Source of the DNA: Phycisphaerae bacterium
GTDB lineage: Bacteria; Planctomycetota; Phycisphaerae; Phycisphaerales; Phycisphaeraceae
Assembly (NCBI GenBank): GCA_963577735.1
Contig: CAUZAW010000001.1
Span: forward strand, 9 to 64,008
Direction: 5' to 3'
DNA: 64,000 nucleotides
Below the pieces are notes generated by a model. The model was not told the DNA's origin. It did no database searches and saw only the letters and a program-made list of their open reading frames with translations. How positions within the stretch are numbered: position 1 is the first letter of the stretch; each line of letters opens with the position of its first letter. The position numbers and the translations under genes were made by a program. This document shows positions 55,076 to 64,000 of the stretch, in pieces.

Positions 55076-56113
55076 TTGAGTCGACACCTACTTGTGACTG
55101 GTGGCTGTGGATTTATTGGTGCTAATTTCGTGCGATTTGTCCGCCAATGCAGACCGGATTGGCACATCACCAATCTCGATGCACTTTCGTATTCAGGTAA
55201 TCTCGAAAACTTGGCAGACCTGGAAGCCGATGAGCACTATGCCTTTGTTAAAGGCGACATCGCCGATGCGCCCCTTGTGGACAAGCTAGTTGAGTCCTGC
55301 GACGTTGTTGTGCATTTTGCTGCCGAGAGCCATGTTGATCGCTCCATCCTTGATGCCCGCCCCTTCATCGACACCAACGTCGCCGGTACCCAAACACTGT
55401 TGGATGCCATACGCCGTGTCTGGAAAGATGATGCCAAGCGGTTCGTCCACGTCAGTACCGACGAGGTGTATGGCGAACTGCCGTTGGAACGGATCGATCT
55501 GAAGTTCACCGAGCAGACGACCATTGCTCCTAACAGCCCTTACGCTGCCAGCAAGGCGGCTAGTGATCTGCTTGTGTTGGCCAGTCATCACACCTTTGGG
55601 CTCAACGTGGTCGTGACCCGCTGTTCGAACAACTTCGGTCCCTATCAGTTTCCTGAAAAGGTGATTCCGCTGTTTGTCACCAACCTGATCGAAGGCCGAA
55701 AGGTGCCGCTGTACGGTGACGGTAAGAATGTGCGCGACTGGATTCACGTGGACGACCACTGCGAAGCAGTACTGGCGGTGTTGGAACGTGGGACCGCGGG
55801 GCAGGTGTACAACATTGGCGCCAACAACGAGCACACCAACCTTGAATTGACGCACTCCATTCTGGGCATCATGGGTTATGGAGAGGAGATGATCGAGCCA
55901 GTGAAGGACCGTCTCGGACACGATCGCCGATACGCGATTGATTCAGGTAAGTTGCAATCCGAACTGGGCGTATGGGCCACGAGGTCGAACTGGCCCGAGG
56001 CGTTGGCGTCCACCGTGCGCTGGTATATTGACAACGACCAGTGGTGGCGACGTGTCAAGAGCGGTGCTTATCGCCAGTATTATCAGGATCAATACGGTAA
56101 GCGCAGCGTGTAA
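55076..56113 (+). CDS. rfbB: dTDP-glucose 4,6-dehydratase
   Basis: Has LLVTGGCGFIGANFVR (Rossmann fold), YAASKAASD (YxxxK) and a C-terminal WWRRV. TTG start. Confidence 0.9.
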   Translation: MSRHLLVTGGCGFIGANFVRFVRQCRPDWHITNLDALSYSGNLENLADLEADEHYAFVKGDIADAPLVDKLVESCDVVVHFAAESHVDRSILDARPFIDTNVAGTQTLLDAIRRVWKDDAKRFVHVSTDEVYGELPLERIDLKFTEQTTIAPNSPYAASKAASDLLVLASHHTFGLNVVVTRCSNNFGPYQFPEKVIPLFVTNLIEGRKVPLYGDGKNVRDWIHVDDHCEAVLAVLERGTAGQVYNIGANNEHTNLELTHSILGIMGYGEEMIEPVKDRLGHDRRYAIDSGKLQSELGVWATRSNWPEALASTVRWYIDNDQWWRRVKSGAYRQYYQDQYGKRSV

Positions 56114-56270
56114 TGGTGAACCGGGTCGATAGGCGGAAAGCCAGCCCAAGTTCTGCGGCGACAGCCAAAGTCCTTCACGATATCGACTATTAAGCAACGG
56201 GTCTATGTCGCGGCATCATCCGCTGTGACCCAGGGATAAAAAGTTCAGCCTAAGATGCTATGCAATTGGG

Positions 56271-57140
56271 CTAGACAGCCTTGCGATTGAAGTTCGGCTG
56301 CGACGCAAGCTTGTTGTTGGCCTGTTCAAGCTGATTGGTGGCCATGGCCAATCGTTCGATCACCATTTCCATGGAAACTGGTCGCTTGGCGGGGTTGCGT
56401 TTGATGCAGTCCATTACCAGTGCAGACAGGGCCGGCGGAATATTGGAGTTCACCTCGGCCGGGGCCGGGCAGGCGTACTTATCGGCACGGGCAACGACCT
56501 TGTCACGCTTCTTGGGGATCATGGTCGGTACGTGCCGGTCGGTGAGCATCCAGTACATCGAAGCACCGAGGTTGAATACGTCGGTCAGCGGGGTAATTTT
56601 GTGACGTTTGACCTGTTCGGGGGCGATGTAATCAGGTGTTCCCTGGATACGCTTCTTGGTGGTGCCCAACTCGCAGCTTTGGCCGAAGTCGATCAGCTTT
56701 ACCTGGTTCTGGCCGGTGATGAGGATGTTGTTGGGCTTGATGTCGGCGTGGACGAACCCGGCCATGTGCATGGCGTCCAAACCAGCAGCGACCTGTTGGC
56801 AGAGTTGGCAGAATTCAACGTAAGTGGCCGGCTTGTATTGCTCCATGGTATGGCCGTCCACCATTTCCATCAGGACGACCAGTTCAACGGTGCGAAACAA
56901 CTTACGATGATGGATCAGCTTGTAGCTACGGCGCAGGTTGGGGTGGTTGAGTTTGCTAGACAGCTCGTATTCAGTGATCGCCTGTTCGAGGAAGCGATCA
57001 TCCTTGGGCTGCTCTTTGATGATATGCTTGAGGGCGTAGACCTGATGAGTCCGGTCGCGCACGGCATAAATAGTACTGCGTGCGCCGGTGCCTAGCGTGG
57101 CGATAACATCGTAACCCTGAATTTTTCGCAAATGGCCCAT
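56271..57140 (-). CDS. Serine/threonine protein kinase (kinase domain only)
   Basis: Has LGTGARSTIYAV...ALK, HADIKPNNILI, DFG and GTPDYIAPE. 289 aa with no extra domain. Confidence 0.88.
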   Translation of the reverse strand: MGHLRKIQGYDVIATLGTGARSTIYAVRDRTHQVYALKHIIKEQPKDDRFLEQAITEYELSSKLNHPNLRRSYKLIHHRKLFRTVELVVLMEMVDGHTMEQYKPATYVEFCQLCQQVAAGLDAMHMAGFVHADIKPNNILITGQNQVKLIDFGQSCELGTTKKRIQGTPDYIAPEQVKRHKITPLTDVFNLGASMYWMLTDRHVPTMIPKKRDKVVARADKYACPAPAEVNSNIPPALSALVMDCIKRNPAKRPVSMEMVIERLAMATNQLEQANNKLASQPNFNRKAV

Positions 57141-57328
57141 TTACAATAGTTATGAATAATTTCAGTGATCAGCAGCAGGCCATCCACCCAGTTATTCTAG
57201 CCTTAAAAATACAATGGGATGGAGGTGGTATTGCAAATTTGTCAAAAGTCCAACTCGACGGTTGCCGGTTGAATGTAAAACCATGCGTCTCTGGGATTTA
57301 CACTCGATTTTGCTAACAGAACTTTGGT

Positions 57329-58003
57329 TCAACGAGACGGACTGAGAAGGCGTTGCTGAAGATAGCCGCTCGAGAAATACTGCCCGGTGCTGACGCCTGA
57401 ATCTATTTCGCTATGGAGGCGAACCAAGTGGGGGGGGATATTAAAACGCCGCTGGAGCCGTTGGATCAGGTCGCCTAGGTGACGCATCTGGTTCTGGTCT
57501 AGCCGGCGTCTGTGGCTGTCACCTACCAGACAAATGCTGATGGCGTGGTGGTTGTACCAATCGCGGTGGGCCCCTGAGGCGGCGGCCGAGTCGAGCTGCT
57601 GACGCCAGCGGTAACTGGCTTGGATGGTCTGGTTCGGATCATTGTGGCCGTCGTCGATGACGAAGTGATAGATTAACGGACCCAGTTCGCGCGACGCTTG
57701 CGTGGTTGTCAACCGATCAACAGGGCGTATATTTGGGCCACTTTCGTAAATCACGATCGCCGACCACTTTCTGGCCGCAGTCGCGGTATCGAATAGGGAC
57801 GTCCAGCCAGCGGGCTGGGTAGTTTCAGCGCGGAGGCTGATCGGTCGCATCGGCGTGGTGATTGGGCCGGGCTCAAGCAGCATCAACAGGCCACTGGCGA
57901 CAGCCATCGACGCGATCAGGACGGCCAAGACGATCAGCGGCCTGCGGTGCGGTACGATCATGACCGAATTAGGGCTGGTCAAGGTCGTAGACCCCCTAAG
58001 CAA
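57329..58003 (-). CDS. N-acetylmuramoyl-L-alanine amidase (Amidase_2/PGRP domain), membrane-anchored
   Basis: Has an N-terminal TM (LIVLAVLIASMAVASGLLML), and YHFVIDDG...NHHAISICLVGD. Confidence 0.7.
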   Translation of the reverse strand: MLRGSTTLTSPNSVMIVPHRRPLIVLAVLIASMAVASGLLMLLEPGPITTPMRPISLRAETTQPAGWTSLFDTATAARKWSAIVIYESGPNIRPVDRLTTTQASRELGPLIYHFVIDDGHNDPNQTIQASYRWRQQLDSAAASGAHRDWYNHHAISICLVGDSHRRRLDQNQMRHLGDLIQRLQRRFNIPPHLVRLHSEIDSGVSTGQYFSSGYLQQRLLSPSR

Positions 58004-58215
58004 TATACAAGAACGAGTAAATTACCCGCCCAATGGATCATCGGCCTCTGCGGGTTTGCGACTTTCAATTTCGACGTTTGCTGAGTCACTGGCGAAACGG
58101 TGCGCCTTCTCGGACGCGCAGCGTGCTTCGAGATGGGGATCGCATCACTTGCCTCGGTGTGGTTTGGGCTGGTGGGCATCAGGCATCCTTGCCTTGGAAA
58201 GACCGTCCTATTTGG

Positions 58216-58443
58216 CTATGGCGTGTATAGCGGTTGTAATCGCTGCCGTAGCGCCGGCTGCTCGCCGCCGAAGGCGTTTAGTTCCTTGGCCGGTCGGTAC
58301 TGGCCGTGCAGCACCTGGTACCGTTCGTAAGGCGTGCGGTCTGCTTGGGGGGGAAATAACGCTTTTTCACAGGCGAGCGTGGCTAGGCAGAATGCCGAAA
58401 GCAACACAGCAAAAGTAACGCGATGTGCACCGTGGGTGCCCAT
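58216..58443 (-). CDS. Small hypothetical lipoprotein
   Basis: Has RVTFAVLLSAFCLATLAC (signal plus lipobox). 75 aa. Confidence 0.4.
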   Translation of the reverse strand: MGTHGAHRVTFAVLLSAFCLATLACEKALFPPQADRTPYERYQVLHGQYRPAKELNAFGGEQPALRQRLQPLYTP

Positions 58444-58533
58444 GGTGCTATCTTAGCATTGGAGGGCTCGCCGACCAATGCTAGCCGCTGCGTTTCAGAG
58501 AATTTCGAGGGGGGAAATGTTAAGATTGTCCGC

Positions 58534-60357
58534 ATGGCGACCTTCTGGTCCAAGACACTGATCCCCACTAGCCGGCAGGAGCCTGCCGACGCGGAAGTGC
58601 CCTCACACCAGTTGATGATCCGTGCCGGGCTGATCCGCAAGCTCACCGCCGGGGTATATGACTACCTGCCCCTAGGTACACGTTCGTTGCACAAGGTGAT
58701 GGCCATTGTGCGGCAGGAGATGGACCAAACAGGGGCCGTCGAGGTCTACCTGCCGGCCTTGCAGCCGATCGAATTATGGGAACAGACCGGTCGGCGGACA
58801 GACTATGGCGACAATCTGTTTGTGGTCCGGGATCGCCACGGCCGCGAAGAGGCACTGGGCCCGACCCATGAAGAGGTCATTACCGAACTCGTTGGCGGTT
58901 GCATCGAATCCTACAAGCAATTGCCGCTGACCCTTTATCAGATTCAGACCAAGTTCCGCGACGAGTTTCGTCCCCGCTTTGGTGTCCTGCGGTCCCGCGA
59001 GTTTCAGATGAAAGATGCCTACTCCTTCGGCACGACGGCTGAGGAACTCGATAAGAGTTACCAGGCCATGTATGACGCATATTGTCGGATTTTTGATCGT
59101 TGCGGTTTGCCGTACGAAATTGTCGAGGCAGAGAGTGGCCCCATCGGCGGTTCGGCCAGCCACGAGTTTATGGTTCCGTCTCCCACAGGCGAAGACGCAA
59201 TCCTTAAAAGCGACAAGGGCAACTATGCGGCGAATGTTGAAAAGTGCGCCATAGGCGATCGGCCGTATTCGTTCGACGGCGAGCCAACAGGTGATCTGAA
59301 AGTGGTTGAAACCCCAGGCGTGAAGACCATCACGGAGTTGTGCGCATTTTGGCGCAAGGTGATGAAAAGCAAGCTGAGGCAAGCGAACACCTTGAAGACA
59401 CTTGTGTACAAGACTGGGTATTGTTTCCCGGCCAAGCGTCCGATTTGGCTTGTTGCCGTGGTACGGGGAGACCATGACGTAAATGAGGCCAAACTACGGA
59501 CTTTTGCAAGAGATCGAGCGGCGACAGAAAAATGGTTCTATGGGGGAGCAAGTGAAATCATCTTCGTGGATGAAGAGGAAGGGAAGAACCAAAAGTTCGA
59601 AATCGGATTTGTGGGTCCGCACGTAATCGAAGATCGTGATGATATATGTGTAGTGGTCGACTTCGATGCGGCGCAATCAGGGTTTTGGGTAACAGGCGCA
59701 AACAAACAAGATGCTCACGTTATGCATTTTCATTGGAAGCGAGATGCTGCCTATGATCAACGATCAAAGGAGATTATTGTTGCAGATATTCGTAACGCTG
59801 CCGACGGTGACCCGTCACCAAAGAATGACGGGGGAGGGTTGCGCGAGACTAAAGGTATTGAGATCGGCCACGTGTTTAAGCTGGGCACGAAGTATTCTCA
59901 GGCTTTGGGTGTGCAGGTGCTGGACAAGCGGAACAGCCGTGTGCCGCTAATCATGGGCTGCTATGGGGTCGGGATCAATCGCATTATGGCAGCAGCAATT
60001 GAATGCGAGGGTGGGCACGATGACCACGGCATCATCTGGCCGGCTAGTATTGCCCCGTATGCGGTGCTGATTACGCCAATCAAGTACAACGGTCAGGTCA
60101 AAGACGTGACCGACCGGGTCGCGGCGCAACTCGAGCAGGACCATGGCCTGGATGTGTTGATTGACGATAGGGCCGAGCGGCCAGGCGTTAAGTTCAAGGA
60201 TGCGGATCTGATCGGTATTCCATTACGTATTACCATTGGCGACAAGACGCTGGACGGCGGCAAGGTCGAGATCAAGCCTCGTACGGATAACAAGCCCCAA
60301 TTGGTTGAGGTGGCTCAAGCTGCCCACAAGGCAGCTGAACTGCTCTCGGGCTTATGA
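58534..60357 (+). CDS. proS: Proline--tRNA ligase (bacterial type with INS editing domain)
   Basis: Has MATFWSKTLIPTSRQEPADAEVPSHQLMIRAGLIRKL, class II motifs (FRDEFRPRFGVLRSREF; GCYGVGINR). ATG 58534 is preferred over the track start. Confidence 0.93.
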   Translation: MATFWSKTLIPTSRQEPADAEVPSHQLMIRAGLIRKLTAGVYDYLPLGTRSLHKVMAIVRQEMDQTGAVEVYLPALQPIELWEQTGRRTDYGDNLFVVRDRHGREEALGPTHEEVITELVGGCIESYKQLPLTLYQIQTKFRDEFRPRFGVLRSREFQMKDAYSFGTTAEELDKSYQAMYDAYCRIFDRCGLPYEIVEAESGPIGGSASHEFMVPSPTGEDAILKSDKGNYAANVEKCAIGDRPYSFDGEPTGDLKVVETPGVKTITELCAFWRKVMKSKLRQANTLKTLVYKTGYCFPAKRPIWLVAVVRGDHDVNEAKLRTFARDRAATEKWFYGGASEIIFVDEEEGKNQKFEIGFVGPHVIEDRDDICVVVDFDAAQSGFWVTGANKQDAHVMHFHWKRDAAYDQRSKEIIVADIRNAADGDPSPKNDGGGLRETKGIEIGHVFKLGTKYSQALGVQVLDKRNSRVPLIMGCYGVGINRIMAAAIECEGGHDDHGIIWPASIAPYAVLITPIKYNGQVKDVTDRVAAQLEQDHGLDVLIDDRAERPGVKFKDADLIGIPLRITIGDKTLDGGKVEIKPRTDNKPQLVEVAQAAHKAAELLSGL

Positions 60358-61328
60358 GCAAATCACTCGCAATACGCGGCGACAGGCTTGATGTCGATTT
60401 TGAGGCGATTCGCGAAGCGGCACGTCGGATTGAGCCCTGCATCCATCGTACACCCGTGCTGACATCGCGCTACTTCAACGAGTTGCTTGGCGCCGAGGTA
60501 TATTTCAAATGCGAGAATTTTCAAAGGACAGGCGCGTTTAAGATTCGCGGGGCATGCAATGCGGTGTTATCGCTGGATGACGAGCAGGCGTCACGGGGAG
60601 TGGTGACGCATTCGTCGGGCAACCACGGGCAAGCGATGGCACTGGCGGCAAAGATGCGCGGCATTAAGGCGACGGTTGTCATGCCGCGCAACGCTATGGC
60701 AGTCAAGCTCGCGGCCGTGGAAGGTTATGGTGCGCAAGTTGTCCTTTGTGATCCGGGAGAAGTGTCGCGACAGGCAGCGGCGGATGAAGTGATCCGGCAG
60801 ACGAATGCCACGCTGATCCATTCATACAACGATCCTCACATCGTTGCCGGACAGGCCACGGCCTGCCTCGAGTTAATTGAAGAGGCCGGTCCGTTGGATT
60901 TAATTTTGGCGCCATTGGGCGGCGGCGGACTGCTCAGCGGCACCGCGCTAGCGGCAAAGGTGATGTGCCCGGACGCATTGGTCATTGGGGTTGAACCCGC
61001 GGGAGCCGACGATGCGCTGCGATCGCTGGAGGCCGGTCGCATTTTGCCTTCGGTCAGCCCCAGAACTATTGCTGACGGGCTGTTGATGCCGTTAGGAGAT
61101 TTGACATTTAAGATCATTCGGAAGCAGGTGTCTGCGGTGGTGATTGTCGATGATGACGCCATCATCGACGCTATGCGGCGGGTATGGCAGCGAATGAAGG
61201 TTGTCATTGAGCCCTCAGCCGCAACGGCGGCAGCGGCACTGGTGCAGGCTCGCATGGAAACGTCGCATAAACGCATCGGCGTCATCTTCAGCGGCGGGAA
61301 CGTGGATTTGGACAAGTTGCCGTGGTAG
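60354..61328 (+). CDS. PLP-dependent serine/threonine dehydratase family enzyme
   Basis: Has FKCENFQRTGAFKIRGA (PLP Lys) and the GGGGLLSG loop. Its start overlaps the proS stop (ATGA). Confidence 0.85.
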   Translation: MSKSLAIRGDRLDVDFEAIREAARRIEPCIHRTPVLTSRYFNELLGAEVYFKCENFQRTGAFKIRGACNAVLSLDDEQASRGVVTHSSGNHGQAMALAAKMRGIKATVVMPRNAMAVKLAAVEGYGAQVVLCDPGEVSRQAAADEVIRQTNATLIHSYNDPHIVAGQATACLELIEEAGPLDLILAPLGGGGLLSGTALAAKVMCPDALVIGVEPAGADDALRSLEAGRILPSVSPRTIADGLLMPLGDLTFKIIRKQVSAVVIVDDDAIIDAMRRVWQRMKVVIEPSAATAAAALVQARMETSHKRIGVIFSGGNVDLDKLPW

Positions 61329-61364
61329 GCTTGGACGAGCCGGCTGACAGCTTTTGGGAGGTTT

Positions 61365-62153
61365 ATGTTGCAAGTAGCATGTTGTCAGGTTGACACGGTT
61401 TGGCAGGACAAGGCGGCGAGCCATGCGCGGGTGACGGATTTGCTGGAACAAGCACCCCTTGAAAAGGGGGCGCTTGTCGTGTTGCCGGAATATTTCGCCA
61501 CCAGCTTCAGCTTAGACGTGCCAAAAATTGCCGAAGGCGCCCAGCGCGAAAGCGAAACTTTTTTAGCCCAGACGGCCAGGCGGCTGGGCGTGTATCTGGC
61601 GGGCGGCGTGGTGAATACCTGTGGTGGCGACTCACCCAAAGGGCGAAACGAGTTGGTCGTATTTGATTTAGCTGGCGAACTGGTGACGCGATATTGCAAG
61701 CTGCATCCGTTTTCTTTTGGCGGTGAGCCGGAGCATTACGAGTCAGGTAACTGCATCGCCACCTTTACTTGGCAGACGATGACGGCAGCCCCATTTATCT
61801 GTTATGACCTGAGATTTCCCGAGGTGTTTCGCCATGCCGCTCGCCGCGGCGTGGAGTTGTTTGTCGTAATCGCCAATTGGCCCATGGCGCGACGTGAGCA
61901 TTGGATGGCCCTTGCTCGGGCTCGGGCAATTGAAAACCAGGCATATGTCGTGGCGGTCAACCGTTGCGGCGCTGACCCAAATTACACGTACGGCGGCGAC
62001 TCGCGGATCATCGATCCTCGCGGTGAGGTGCAGGCTGATGCTGGCAATCGCGAATGCGTGATTACGGCCCAGGTTGATCCTGAATCGCTTGGCGAATACC
62101 GCAAACAGTTTCCCGCGCTGGACGACATCCGCAGTGAATTTCTGCCTGAGTGA
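61365..62153 (+). CDS. Carbon-nitrogen hydrolase (nitrilase superfamily) protein
   Basis: E-K-C triad context: VVLPEYF, YCKLHPF and FICYDLRFPE. Confidence 0.85.
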   Translation: MLQVACCQVDTVWQDKAASHARVTDLLEQAPLEKGALVVLPEYFATSFSLDVPKIAEGAQRESETFLAQTARRLGVYLAGGVVNTCGGDSPKGRNELVVFDLAGELVTRYCKLHPFSFGGEPEHYESGNCIATFTWQTMTAAPFICYDLRFPEVFRHAARRGVELFVVIANWPMARREHWMALARARAIENQAYVVAVNRCGADPNYTYGGDSRIIDPRGEVQADAGNRECVITAQVDPESLGEYRKQFPALDDIRSEFLPE

Positions 62154-62228
62154 GCTGTGATTTGTCAGCGATTAATTTGCGGATTGACTGCGGGCTGCCA
62201 GGCGACGAAAATTGCTGATTGTGGCTGA

Positions 62229-62314
62229 GCCGGTGTGGCGGAATTGGCAGACGCGTCGGATTCAAAATCCGATGGGGGTCAAACCCCGTGTGGGTTCGAG
62301 TCCCACCTCCGGCA
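62229..62314 (+). tRNA. tRNA-Leu (anticodon CAA)
   Basis: 86 nt class II tRNA: D arm GCG-GAATTGGCAGA-CGC, anticodon arm TCGGA-TTCAAAA-TCCGA, long variable arm (GGGG..CCCC), T arm GTGGG-TTCGAGT-CCCAC. One U-U mismatch in the acceptor stem. CCA is not encoded. Confidence 0.9.
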
Positions 62315-62454
62315 TTGATCTGGACAGGCGTTTCATGTGGCGACCGTTTTGTGAAATTTGCCATATGGGGTTTTCTGTACTTAAAGCTTTACGCCATATT
62401 GATTGCGTCGTTGCCTTCGAATGACGCGGGTCCTATGATTTTCACTAGTATTTT

Positions 62455-63096
62455 TTGAGGTGGTGGGTGAACGCTGCCGCGTCAAGTTTAAATACGCATG
62501 TCTTGGTGCTGAACAAGCTGTGGATGGCCGTGCGCGTGACCGATGCCAAGCGGGCATTGTCCATGCTGTTTTGCAGCACAGCGGAAGTAATTCACAGCGG
62601 TGATGGGTCCTATTGGGGATATGACTTCGACAGTTGGACGCAATTGAGTCAGGCGCGGGATCTGTTTTACGGTCACGAGTACGAATGGGTCCGGACAGTA
62701 CATTTGCGCATTGCCGTACCTAAGGTGATCCGTCTGCCGGGTTACGATCGGTTGCCATCCCAAGGCGTCAAACTTAACCGGCGCAATATCTTCGCCCGCG
62801 ACGGCAATCTCTGTCAGTATTGCGGCAAGCGCTTTGCTACCCCAGAGATGAGTTTGGATCACGTGGTACCGCGCAGCTGTGGCGGGGCCACTACATGGCA
62901 GAACTTGGTTTGCTGCTGCGTGTCTTGCAATGCCCGCAAGGGGGGGCGGACACCGAGCGAGGCGGGGATGAAACTGGTCCGCAAGCCGGCCAAGCCAAGG
63001 CGCAACCCGACCATCAGTCTGCGTCTGGGGCACGACAAGTACGCCAGTTGGCGAGCCTTTCTTGAAAATGCGTACTGGTCGGTTGAGTTAAAATAG
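62455..63096 (+). CDS. HNH endonuclease family protein
   Basis: Has CQYCGKRF...LDHVVPRSCGGATTWQNLVCCCVSCNARKGG. Likelier start is GTG 62467, preceded by GAGGTGG. Confidence 0.8.
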   Translation: MRWWVNAAASSLNTHVLVLNKLWMAVRVTDAKRALSMLFCSTAEVIHSGDGSYWGYDFDSWTQLSQARDLFYGHEYEWVRTVHLRIAVPKVIRLPGYDRLPSQGVKLNRRNIFARDGNLCQYCGKRFATPEMSLDHVVPRSCGGATTWQNLVCCCVSCNARKGGRTPSEAGMKLVRKPAKPRRNPTISLRLGHDKYASWRAFLENAYWSVELK

Positions 63097-63313
63097 CTGC
63101 CCATCCATCAACCTATCGAGCTGAGGCTCAGCCAAGGGTTTTTTCAAAAGTCGGGCCGTTATCGGAGTTTCCCACTGGCTTGGCGGTAAAGGTGATTGTG
63201 TAATACGGGCCTTGGCGTTGATGGGTGCCGTCTGAAAAAGTTTAAGCACTTCCTTGCGGTCCGCGACTAAATACCGCGTATCTCTAGCCCGATGTTAAAG
63301 ATGCACAAAATAG

Positions 63314-63970
63314 GTGCTTTTTCGGAGTTTTTCTGTTCATCCTATCTGTGAGCAGTATGGACCTACAATGAGGACTTCTGGCAACGGCAACAAATCGGGC
63401 TTACTGGCGAAGCAGGTTTTCACCACCGGTGAAGCCGCTAACCTCTGTAAGATTTCCCAGCAGACAATCATTCGCTGCTTCGACAACGGGCGCTTGCACG
63501 GCTTTCGCGTGCCGGGCAGCCGGTTTCGAAGGATTCCCCGGGAAGAATTGATTCGGTTCATGCGGAGTAACGAGATTCCGACTGAAATCCTTGAAGGCGG
63601 CCGACAAAAAATTCTGGTGATTGACGACGATGCGCAAATCATTGAGCTTTTTGTGGACGTGTTGAGCAGGGGCGACCGTTTTGAGGTCAAAACGGCGGTC
63701 ACCGGCTATGACGCCGGGGTCCTGACCGAGCAATTCAAACCCGACCTGATGATTCTGGACTACATGCTGCCGGACATCAACGGCAACATGGTGTGCAAGA
63801 CGGTGCGACAAAACCCGGCTCTGGCGGGCATGAAAATCATCATCGTTTCCGGCGTGGTCAACCAGGAAGAGATAGACCTTCTTCTCGAAGCGGGCGCTGA
63901 CGAGTTTATCAAGAAGCCTTTCAGTATTGAACAGTTAATGGGACTGATTACTACGATGGTGGACTTATGA
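63314..63970 (+). CDS. Response regulator with an N-terminal excisionase/MerR-like HTH domain
   Basis: Has FTTGEAANLCKISQQTIIRCFDNGRLHGFRVPGSRFRRIP followed by a receiver domain (KILVIDDD...DLMILDYMLPD...FIKKPF). Alternative start ATG 63368. Confidence 0.8.
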   Translation: MLFRSFSVHPICEQYGPTMRTSGNGNKSGLLAKQVFTTGEAANLCKISQQTIIRCFDNGRLHGFRVPGSRFRRIPREELIRFMRSNEIPTEILEGGRQKILVIDDDAQIIELFVDVLSRGDRFEVKTAVTGYDAGVLTEQFKPDLMILDYMLPDINGNMVCKTVRQNPALAGMKIIIVSGVVNQEEIDLLLEAGADEFIKKPFSIEQLMGLITTMVDL

Positions 63971-64000
63971 GTACGCTCATGTCTCATGTAGCCATCCGAA
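63967..64000 (+). CDS. 5' end of an unidentified CDS running off the window
   Basis: ATG 63967 overlaps the response-regulator stop (ATGA). The frame (MSTLMSHVAIR...) is open to the window edge. Confidence 0.25.
   Translation, partial: MSTLMSHVAIR

Noticed and set aside
57430-57437. G8 homopolymer inside the amidase gene (and G7 runs at about 58345 and 32387) as phase-variation switches
   Set aside because: The runs encode Pro-Pro/Gly-Gly in frame in apparently intact genes. The runs are short, and no evidence of length heterogeneity is available from a single sequence.
62229-63096. tRNA-Leu followed by an HNH endonuclease as the edge of an integrated mobile element or defence island
   Set aside because: There is no integrase, no direct repeat of the tRNA 3' end, no restriction/modification or other defence partner, and no visible compositional break. 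This stand-alone HNH protein looks like an ordinary chromosomal gene.
1-64000. CRISPR arrays, IS elements/transposases, prophage genes, toxin-antitoxin pairs
   Set aside because: I scanned the sequence and the translations and saw no regularly spaced direct repeats, no DDE/serine/tyrosine recombinase motifs, and no phage structural genes. Their absence is by eye only and should be confirmed with dedicated tools.

Overview
This is a chromosomal window that reads like a Planctomycetota-type genome. That placement is an inference from a DUF1559/prepilin-like gene and the overall gene content; no database search was run. It holds dnaA (5431-6858), followed by a 284-bp spacer whose last 100 nt are extremely AT-rich and which carries a perfect TTATCCACA box. 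I call that spacer the candidate oriC. Housekeeping genes present are lpdA, mutM, gltB/gltD behind a LysR regulator, thrS, trmB, clpP, rfbB and proS. There are two tRNAs (Lys-UUU, Leu-CAA). There are two large surface-glycan regions. Region (i), 10.6-21.7 kb, has nine glycosyltransferase-like genes plus an O-antigen-ligase/Wzy-like membrane protein. Region (ii), 37.4-49.3 kb, has a co-directional export module: initiating sugar transferase, Wza-like OPX, Wzz/PCP, ExeA-like AAA ATPase, BY-kinase, GT4, and a Wzm/Wzt ABC transporter with a Wzt C-terminal domain. This module faces a convergent GT2-sulfotransferase-GT4 operon. Three items are not shown by the ORF track. First, a 49-codon lysine-rich H1-like ORF built from 15-bp tandem repeats lies on the minus strand at 293-442; the + ORF listed there is its antisense shadow. 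Second, a 49-codon single-TM ORF follows a sodium:solute symporter that itself carries an in-frame TGA and a frameshift. Third, a prepilin-like gene has a signal peptide lying upstream of any ATG/GTG/TTG. I saw no CRISPR array, transposase, integrase or recognisable defence system. All protein calls come from motifs read by eye in the supplied translations. Start codons are often uncertain because the track reports the longest ORF.
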